A program made the translations under genes and the position numbers. 64,000 nt of DNA, taken from positions 26,955 through 90,954 of IMG/VR virus record IMGVR_UViG_3300036861_000806; one strand, 5' to 3'. Source of the DNA: a virus. Of this stretch, positions 57,327-64,000 are shown one piece after another. Position 1 is the first letter of the stretch. Each line of letters starts with the position of its first letter. A model generated the notes under the pieces. The model was given only the letters and a program-made list of their open reading frames with translations. It had not been told where the DNA came from and ran no database searches.

Positions 57327-57719
57327 GTGGCTGCTCCACTGGCTCTCATGGAGGAGGTGCGCGCTCGACTCAATGACGATGCGCGGTTCTTCGCGGAACT
57401 CGCGATTGATGACAACACCGTCGCTCACTGGCGGCGGCGACGGGGCGTCCCCGAACCGCAGCTAGTGAAACTCCGTCGGCTCGCCGAGGAACTGGCGAGT
57501 GACGAAGAGAAGCGCCGCGATCAGGGGCTTGCGTTGATTGCTGAAGGCTTGGCGCTCGCAACTCGGGTACGAACGAAAAAGAAGGGGAAGGACTCGGGCC
57601 GATCCGGTTCTCTTCGACCGCCGACGCCGCAAGCCCCGCGTCCGCCCCGCATGGATGCTCCGCCGCAAATCCGACGTGGCCGAGATCATCTCCTTGATCG
57701 AACGTCGACCGAGGCAGCC
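57327..57719 (+). CDS. Putative repressor-like HTH (no stop before the in-frame lipoprotein)
   Basis: FFAELAIDDNTVAHWRRRRGVP; divergent from the cro-like gene. Confidence 0.5.
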
Positions 57720-58235
57720 ATGAAACTCGCCATGACGCTCGCCTGTCTGCTCGCGCTGACTCTCACCGGCTGCGCCCAGAAGTGGTACCTGTACCGCACG
57801 ACCGGCATCACGCGTGAGGAAGCGGCTCGGGATACCTACCAGTGCACGCAGGAATCGCGGACCTCATGGTCAGGCGGCGGGACGGGCGCCCTGGGCCTCG
57901 CCCTGATGGGTGCGGCAGCGTCCAATGCCGAGACTCAGGCGAAGCGGCTCTACGTGATGTGCATGGAGGCGCGCGGCTATCACTACACGACCGATCGAGA
58001 CCAGATGATGCGGGAGCATAATCCCGTGGGCGCCGGCCGCGAAGTAACGCTACACAAAAGGCACGGTCAACCATCGGTTGACCAGGAACTTCAAAAAGGA
58101 GCTGAGCCATGGAAGAGAAAACGCGCTCTCGCAGAGTTGCCGAACTTCGCGCCCGCATCGCGATGGCCGTCCGCCGAATCCAGCGTGCAACCTACGCGAC
58201 CGGACCGCTCTATGCCGAGCTGGTCCTCGGGGTGA
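57720..58235 (+). CDS. Lipoprotein
   Basis: GAGG RBS; MKLAMTLACLLALTLTG|C lipobox; CMEARGY motif. Confidence 0.7.
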   Translation: MKLAMTLACLLALTLTGCAQKWYLYRTTGITREEAARDTYQCTQESRTSWSGGGTGALGLALMGAAASNAETQAKRLYVMCMEARGYHYTTDRDQMMREHNPVGAGREVTLHKRHGQPSVDQELQKGAEPWKRKRALAELPNFAPASRWPSAESSVQPTRPDRSMPSWSSG

Positions 58236-58843
58236 TCGCGGCCGAAAAGGCTGGGCTCACGCGGATGATGATTGCCAGAACCATCCGGGCAGAACTTGAG
58301 GCAGAACGCAGTCGACGGCTCGTTAAGCATACGGATGGCAAGGTTGAAGAGGTGGTGAAGGAATCCAAAGGTACAGCGGCGCGGTATGTCATGCTCGCCC
58401 GGTGGGAACAGGGCCGATTCATCACGAAGAACCACAAGGAAAAGCGCGTTGATGGGGTGCTGATCGGCGAGAGAACATGGCATTCGCCGGTGAAGGCGCT
58501 CCAATCGGGTCTCTACTCGTTTCGGAAAGTCTTCCTGGCGTACCGGGAAGCCGTGCGTCCAGCCCTGACGGATCTGAACGAGGTTCCGACCAGTCCACAA
58601 GACGCTGCGGATCGCGTCATCAAGCGCTTGACCCTGCCTATGCTCGTGAAGGAAAACGGGGCAGAAGTTATTCGACGGGTCAGGATCACGGAGTCCGCTG
58701 AAGCCCTTGCGGCGTTCCTGGAACTGTTGCACAAACTCCCGATGGCAAAGGAGGCTGAACGGCTGCGCATGATCATGGAGCGTGAAACCGTGCGGCGGCC
58801 ATTCAATGAATCGCGGAAGCGGAAGGCGTCAACCACGCGGTAG
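58109..58843 (+). CDS. Hypothetical protein
   Basis: AAAGGAG RBS; 244 aa. Confidence 0.65.
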   Translation: MEEKTRSRRVAELRARIAMAVRRIQRATYATGPLYAELVLGVIAAEKAGLTRMMIARTIRAELEAERSRRLVKHTDGKVEEVVKESKGTAARYVMLARWEQGRFITKNHKEKRVDGVLIGERTWHSPVKALQSGLYSFRKVFLAYREAVRPALTDLNEVPTSPQDAADRVIKRLTLPMLVKENGAEVIRRVRITESAEALAAFLELLHKLPMAKEAERLRMIMERETVRRPFNESRKRKASTTR

Positions 58844-58847
58844 ACGG
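58828..58847 (-). repeat. Conserved motif copy 3 (GTCAACCACGCGGTAGACGG)
   Basis: Identical 20-mer to 17604-17623 and 33517-33536. Confidence 0.85.
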
Positions 58848-58858
58848 TAGATCCTTGT

Positions 58859-59191
58859 TCATGGTGATCGTCCCACTCGATTAGCATCGTCGATCGCCCG
58901 CCGGCAGGACCGGTAGGCAGCGCGGAGGTCGGCCTCATAGTCCGTCAGTCGGCCCAGGTCATCGCGGCCGATCGCCCAGCCATCGGCGACGATGGCGTCC
59001 GACCCGTCGGCTAGGCGGATGGTCGCGCGGCCGGGACCGACGAACCCGCGCGATCCGTCCGGGCGCCTGGGGATCGCCGGCTCGTCCGAGCAGACCCAGG
59101 GCGCGAGGGGGACCGGCACGATCTCGACGCGATCAACGGCGCAGCCGGCAAGCAGGAGCGCGGCGAGCGCGAGCATCGTCTTCACGCCCAC
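58859..59191 (-). CDS. o-spanin-like lipoprotein
   Basis: LALAALLLAG|C lipobox; Pro-rich; YEADLRAAYRSC; last gene of the lysis block. Confidence 0.6.
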   Translation of the reverse strand: MGVKTMLALAALLLAGCAVDRVEIVPVPLAPWVCSDEPAIPRRPDGSRGFVGPGRATIRLADGSDAIVADGWAIGRDDLGRLTDYEADLRAAYRSCRRAIDDANRVGRSP

Positions 59192-59555
59192 GTCCCCCGC
59201 CGCCAGGACAGAAGGCAGGCTGGAGGAAGGCCACTGATCTCACCGGTGAGCCATCTGATTTGCTCCCGCGTCCGCGCCGCCACCTCGCTCCACGCGGCGG
59301 CATCCTCAAGCTTCTTGACCAGCCGCTCCTGTTCGGCCTCAAGCTCCTCCAGCGTCAAGCGTTCGGATCCTTTCTGCTGGCCTCACGCTCGTCGAACCGG
59401 CGCCGCTCGATCTCGATCTGTGCGGCTGCATTCTCAGCGCGAATCGCAATCTCGCGTTGGGTCTGCTCAACCCGCGCCCGGTCAATCGCGTCGCGCTCGG
59501 CTTTCGCGCGAAGGAGGTCGAGGAGCCAGTCGACGATCCGGCGGAGCCAAGTCAC
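59181..59555 (-). pseudogene. i-spanin-like coiled-coil gene with apparent 1-nt frameshift near 59357
   Basis: MTWLRRIVDWLL..KDPNA* continues as LTLEELEAEQERLVKKLE in another frame. Confidence 0.4.
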
Positions 59556-59950
59556 GTCCCGACCGCTGAGGTTACGAGCCGGTGCCTGTAATCCGCCACC
59601 GCCGCCGTGCCGCACGCCTTGGTCGCGGCCACGGTGTCGCGCAGGCAACCGCAGAGCGCGCAGCGCGCGACCGTCCCTGCCCGAAACGGCGGGCCGCCCT
59701 GCACGTCCGGAGCGAAGTCGTGCGTCGAATCACTGACGATATTCACAGCTCCTCCCCCATCACTTTAATGACACGAACGACCGTCGGCTCCTTAGAGAGC
59801 AGCGCCTTGCCGGCCGCGCGTGCGACATCTTCCGTGCCGAATGCATTGCTCATTTCCAGGTGCACGCGTTGTGGGATCTTCTGCCCGATCGGGACTGACA
59901 GCGGGTCGATCGCGTTGACCCGGCGCACGACGAGTAAGTACCAGGACACG

Positions 59951-60256
59951 CTACCCGATCGCCTTCTTCGCCGCGCCGATCACGGCCTCTTTGAAGAGAT
60001 CGATCATCTGGTTAATCGTGTTCTGCATGTCAACCGTCGCGTCGATCCGCGCCTCGAGCGCCGCCGCGACCGTCTCCTGCCGCTGCGACTCGACGAGGGC
60101 CGCCGCGTCCTCGGCAGACAGCTCTCCCGACGCGGCCTTGGCGGCGATGTTGCGTAGCGTCGACGCGGCGACGAGCGCCCGTTCCGTCGCGAGGTCGCTG
60201 TCGCCGGGGAATACCTTGCGGAGAGCGTCGGTCACGCTCGCGGGGATCGTAGGCAT
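59951..60256 (-). CDS. Hypothetical protein
   Basis: MPTIPASVTDAL..; operon orientation. Confidence 0.5.
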   Translation of the reverse strand: MPTIPASVTDALRKVFPGDSDLATERALVAASTLRNIAAKAASGELSAEDAAALVESQRQETVAAALEARIDATVDMQNTINQMIDLFKEAVIGAAKKAIG

Positions 60257-60531
60257 CAGTCGATTCTCTGCCACGGCTGGCGCGTGGTCCCTGGAGCGAA
60301 CCAACGCTTTGCCAGCGCGGCCCGGCGCTGGATCTTGGCCTTGTCCTCCTCGGTGGCGTCCTTGCTCGCGAGCGGCGTCTCGATCAGCTCCGGCGAGAGT
60401 CGAAACCCCATTATGCATCACCCCTTTTGATTGTCGTTACGATGCTGATTCCTTTCGGCATCGATCGCACAGAGTGCCTCTGATCCATTTCATCGTCCAG
60501 CAGCGCCCGCACAGCGCGAGGCGTCGGCCCT

Positions 60532-60942
60532 TCATTTCAACCGCCGTTTGTCGTTCTCCGCCCGGATCGCGTCGAGGAAGGCCGCCGCGACGATGCCGCG
60601 CTCGATCTCGACGAACGACGGCGCGAGCGGCCCGGCACGGTGGCGCGCCTCCACCTGGTCCCAGATTTTCCCGATGGCGTCGAGCTGCCCGAGCGTCAGC
60701 TCATTCTTTCGCTGTGCCGCCGCACGTAAGCGGATGGCCCGCAGATCACCTCGAATGCTCGCGTGCACGGCCCGCGCTTCTCCGTAGGTCGGTCGCTCGA
60801 CCGCGGACCAGTCGAAGAACGCGTCGACCTTGCGCGCTAACTCGGTCAGTCGGACATCCGTCTGTTCGTCGTAGGGGGCGATGAGCGTCACCGCGCAGCC
60901 GGACGCGGCGACGCTCATCAGACACAGCGCGAGCAGCGTCAT
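60532..60942 (-). CDS. Lipoprotein
   Basis: MTLLALCLMSVAASG|C; LIAPYDE. Confidence 0.65.
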   Translation of the reverse strand: MTLLALCLMSVAASGCAVTLIAPYDEQTDVRLTELARKVDAFFDWSAVERPTYGEARAVHASIRGDLRAIRLRAAAQRKNELTLGQLDAIGKIWDQVEARHRAGPLAPSFVEIERGIVAAAFLDAIRAENDKRRLK

Positions 60943-61012
60943 CAGTCGATGGGACGGTCGGCAGGCGTCGATCCTGCGGCTCGATGGCATCGCGACCATC
61001 ACTCGTTCCGCC

Positions 61013-61828
61013 TTACGCCGGGGGCATCGTCGGGTCGCCCTCCTCGCGGCGAATCTCGTCGGACGTCTTCGCCGTGAAGTGCGCCTCGATCTCGGCCGGC
61101 GTCATCGCCGCGAAGTCGGGGCCGGACCCCTCGATCCAGTCGCGGATCTTGCCGGTCATCGTGCCGGCGACGTGGAGCGCCGCCGCGACGTTGCCGTTGT
61201 TGAGGAGGCCCGTGAGCAGGGTGCTTACCGTCCCGACGATCGCGAGGATTTGGTCAATCGACGGGCCGGCGCCGCCGCTGATCGCGGGTATATAGAGATC
61301 CTGGCAGTTGCGATCGCGCATCACGACGTACCAGCCATCACCCCGCCGTCGCAGCGACGGGAGCGCGGCGACGCCGAGCGGCAACACCGCCAGCGCGAAG
61401 GGCAACGACGATGTCGGCGCCGTCGCCGGGTCGGGCGCCCCGCTCGTCTTGACCCCCGCGAGCCCGTCGACGTACTTGAGGAAGGCGGCCCCGTTGGCGA
61501 GCACGGCGCGCAGCACGGCGTTGACCTTGTCCTGCACGCTTACGGGCACGCCGCGGTCGATCTCGGACTTCCACGAGGCCAGCACGCCGGCCGCGAGGTT
61601 CTCCGACTTGGCCCAAAGGTCGTAGATCCCCGTGCCGGTCTTGAAGATCGCGTCGGGCACCTGCTTGGCGTTGTGCTGGCGAACAAGCTGCCGATAGGCG
61701 TCCTCGACCGTCGCCTTCTGCGCGTCGACGGCGCGCGCCGTCGAGACGAACGCCGACGCGCAGCCGGCGAAATTCGCGACGAGTGCGAGTAGGAAAACGG
61801 CCGTTAAGAACTTCGAGGTATGCCGCAT
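61013..61828 (-). CDS. Lipoprotein / membrane protein
   Basis: GGAGGAG RBS; LVANFAG|C lipobox; additional hydrophobic segments. Confidence 0.7.
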   Translation of the reverse strand: MRHTSKFLTAVFLLALVANFAGCASAFVSTARAVDAQKATVEDAYRQLVRQHNAKQVPDAIFKTGTGIYDLWAKSENLAAGVLASWKSEIDRGVPVSVQDKVNAVLRAVLANGAAFLKYVDGLAGVKTSGAPDPATAPTSSLPFALAVLPLGVAALPSLRRRGDGWYVVMRDRNCQDLYIPAISGGAGPSIDQILAIVGTVSTLLTGLLNNGNVAAALHVAGTMTGKIRDWIEGSGPDFAAMTPAEIEAHFTAKTSDEIRREEGDPTMPPA

Positions 61829-61884
61829 ATGCGTCTCCTCCGTCGGGGTAAAAAGGTTGTCCAGTTCGCGCCGCTATTATAACC

Positions 61885-62262
61885 CTACGGTTTCGCTCCC
61901 GGCGGCGGGCCCGTCGGTGGCGCCCACGAGTCGGGGGTGAGCTTGGAGCGGCGCAGGCCGTCGACCGCCTCGCGGACGCCCACGGCGACCAGGGCGATGC
62001 CGGCGCTCGCCGCCGGGTTCGCCGCCTGTCCGGTCGCCCACGAGTAGGCGATGTCGCCGGTCGCGGAGATGACCGGGAGTAGGACCGGGATCAGCGGTCG
62101 GACGGAATCCGGGATGTACCGCTTCAATAACATGACCATGATCGGGATGACGGCGATGATCACCGGCGTCCAGACCGTGACCGAGATGTTTGCCACGGCA
62201 TCGGCGCCCCAGGCCAGCGTCGGCAGCAGGGTCAGCGTGAACAGGAAGAAAAGGACTGTCAT
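61885..62262 (-). CDS. Holin-like membrane protein
   Basis: AAAGGAG RBS; 3-4 hydrophobic helices; near the peptidoglycan enzyme. Confidence 0.6.
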   Translation of the reverse strand: MTVLFFLFTLTLLPTLAWGADAVANISVTVWTPVIIAVIPIMVMLLKRYIPDSVRPLIPVLLPVISATGDIAYSWATGQAANPAASAGIALVAVGVREAVDGLRRSKLTPDSWAPPTGPPPGAKP

Positions 62263-62501
62263 CGTACGGCTCCTTTCGATCGGTGAATCAGGTCGCACAT
62301 CGCGGCGTTGTCCGGGCCGCCGGCTTCCGCCGTGCCAGCCAGGTGCAAGTAATCAACGCGTCCATCATCGGCGCCCACTCGGTTGGCGTGCGCGTCGCAC
62401 GGGATGATATTGAGGATATCAACCGCCGGGTCGGCGGTCGGGTCGCAGCCGAGGCAGACGGTGCGCCCGAGGGCTGGGCTGTCCGGCAGCATGTCGCTCA
62501 C
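62259..62501 (-). CDS. Small hypothetical protein
   Basis: Coupled ORF with Cys motifs. Confidence 0.5.
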   Translation of the reverse strand: MSDMLPDSPALGRTVCLGCDPTADPAVDILNIIPCDAHANRVGADDGRVDYLHLAGTAEAGGPDNAAMCDLIHRSKGAVR

Positions 62502-62870
62502 TCCGTCGCCTCCGTCGCCTCGCAGAAGATGCTACGCCGAGCGGCTGCCCGCGCACGATCACACCGACGACATCGTCGATCCCCATGTTTGTCGATGACA
62601 TCGTACGCATGTCCGCGAGGGCAAGTAGTTTTTAAGGCATTCCGGATACCCATCGGGAGCCGCGGGGCTGGTCGCAAACAAGACGGCAGATGCAGCCATC
62701 GGTCACCTCTGGCAATGTGAGAGATTGTTGTGACCGGCAATCCAATCTCGACGGCGATCTCTTGATATAGTTTCCCGAGCGCTGCGAGCCGTAGAATCTC
62801 AAGCGCCTGCGTTTCAGTCGTCTTCGCTGACCCATTGTGCTCGCCAATCCCAAGTCGTCCGTGGATTCGT

Positions 62871-63254
62871 TTATCGTGTTCGTTTTCTAATTTGAGTCGC
62901 CCAGCGAAGATTGCCGAGCTTATTATTTAAGCCGTCGCCGTCATGGTGAGCAGCGCCATACATTGTGCTAGGTTTCGGCCCAACGAATGACAAGAGCAGA
63001 AGATCATGGACGCGTTTCGGTATTTTCCGTCCATCGCTTCCGCACAACGTAACATAGACGTAGGCGGGCGCATTCGGAGTGAACCGCCCCTGAGTTAGTC
63101 CCCTTGGCCGATAGACGCGGAGAGCTAGCAAGCGAGGCTTATCAAGCCGGGTCGAACGCCACCGAGTACCGTACCATGCGGTACGAACGCGACCGAGATC
63201 AGAAACCTCGTACTTCGATCCGTACCCAGGAATCTGACGCCATCGTTCACTCAT
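62871..63254 (-). CDS. NUMOD4-HNH homing endonuclease (possibly truncated)
   Basis: ERWRQIPGY..YEVSDLGRVR, VHDLLLLSFVG, HHDGDGLNNKLGNLRWAT. Confidence 0.85.
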   Translation of the reverse strand: MSERWRQIPGYGSKYEVSDLGRVRTAWYGTRWRSTRLDKPRLLALRVYRPRGLTQGRFTPNAPAYVYVTLCGSDGRKIPKRVHDLLLLSFVGPKPSTMYGAAHHDGDGLNNKLGNLRWATQIRKRTR

Positions 63255-63724
63255 TCAGATACCTCGAAAAAGACATCGCGTCCAGCATTGAACTCCGCCT
63301 CTATGAGATCGGCTAGTATCAGTACGAACGCGTCCCCAGTTCTGAGACAACCGTTTGTGGGACGAAGCTGGCCGTCCTCAAGCAGCGGTCCGCCGTGGAT
63401 ACCGAACCCCGAGCGATTATGCTCCGATCCCGATCGCGCGGCATCACCAGCCACGGGCCGAAGTTTCAAGAACACCGGCCCGAAGTGCTGGTTCTGCTCT
63501 TTATCGGAAATCCGATCAACCTCAATAATGCGATACACTCCACACGGTGTGTCCCCGAACGGCTTCAGCGGATCGCGCGTCGGGTTGCCGTGCGCGATCG
63601 CCGCCTGGTTATCCGCCTTGCCGCAGCAGCGATCCGGCCCGACGACGAGACGCGCATCCTCGACCGCCCAGAGCGTGCCTTCGGCCGTCCGGTCGTGCGG
63701 GAGCTTGGCGAAGAGTCTTATCAA
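63251..63724 (-). CDS. L,D-transpeptidase-fold peptidoglycan enzyme (candidate endolysin)
   Basis: GDTPCGVY, RSGFGIHGG...LRPTNGCLR (H-x-C dyad). Confidence 0.7.
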   Translation of the reverse strand: MIRLFAKLPHDRTAEGTLWAVEDARLVVGPDRCCGKADNQAAIAHGNPTRDPLKPFGDTPCGVYRIIEVDRISDKEQNQHFGPVFLKLRPVAGDAARSGSEHNRSGFGIHGGPLLEDGQLRPTNGCLRTGDAFVLILADLIEAEFNAGRDVFFEVSE

Positions 63725-63737
63725 TTTTCGCCCGTCC

Positions 63738-64000
63738 CTAGCAGCCCGCGTTCGGCTTCGTGCAGACCGCGGCGCTGGTGGCGCCGCGCAGCACGCCCGC
63801 TTCTTTCAACCGCACGAAGATGCGACGGTCGGCCGGATCGAACGGGATAGAACCCGACGCTTGGGCGAAGAATGCGAAGCTGCGGTTCGTCCCGCCCGTG
63901 TAGGTCACGCTGACCGAGGCCGTGGGCGACGCCAAGCAGGCGCCGGTCGCCGTGTTGGTTTCACACACCGTCAGCGTCAGCGGAAGCGGCACATCGCCCG
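63738..64000 (-). CDS. Partial C-terminus of a beta-rich extracellular/virion protein
   Basis: Open frame from the window end; CETNTATGAC, IPFDPADRRIFVR. Confidence 0.55.
   Translation of the reverse strand, partial: GDVPLPLTLTVCETNTATGACLASPTASVSVTYTGGTNRSFAFFAQASGSIPFDPADRRIFVRLKEAGVLRGATSAAVCTKPNAGC

Noticed and set aside
1-64000. DGR, retron or group II intron
   Set aside because: No reverse transcriptase motif was seen in any ORF.

Overview
The whole window is a high-GC tailed (HK97-fold) phage or prophage genome segment, almost entirely on the minus strand. Read 5'->3' on that strand (right to left), the order is: lysis and lipoprotein genes (64-58.8 kb); a divergent repressor/cro-like switch (~57.2 kb); three tandem Y-RNA-like genes and a Ro60/TROVE gene; an early operon (HNHs, DUF6745-type repeat protein, YqaJ/RecT, tyrosine recombinase, RusA, MazG-like, SNF2-methylase fusion, HerA-like ATPase, replication initiator); a plus-strand island with a serine resolvase; a nonulosonic (pseudaminic-type) acid biosynthesis operon split by nested IS1595 elements; a nucleotidyltransferase; terS and a stop-split terL; an accessory block; portal; a gpF-like protein with an intein; prohead protease; major capsid. 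The top candidate for a novel system is a stand-alone RAMP/Cas7-like gene (11188-11808) directly preceded by 44 RGY-NN pentamers in three units separated by a conserved spacer, a candidate non-CRISPR RNA-guided system with a dinucleotide code. Other notable items: an intein with an antisense-encoded nuclease; a nonulosonate pathway plus two sialyltransferase-like paralogs in the head module; Ro60 with Y RNAs; a G3:U70 tRNA/tmRNA-like element in frame inside an aminotransferase; a homing endonuclease carrying a duplicated Ro60 C-terminus. All calls come from reading motifs by eye; no database search was run.
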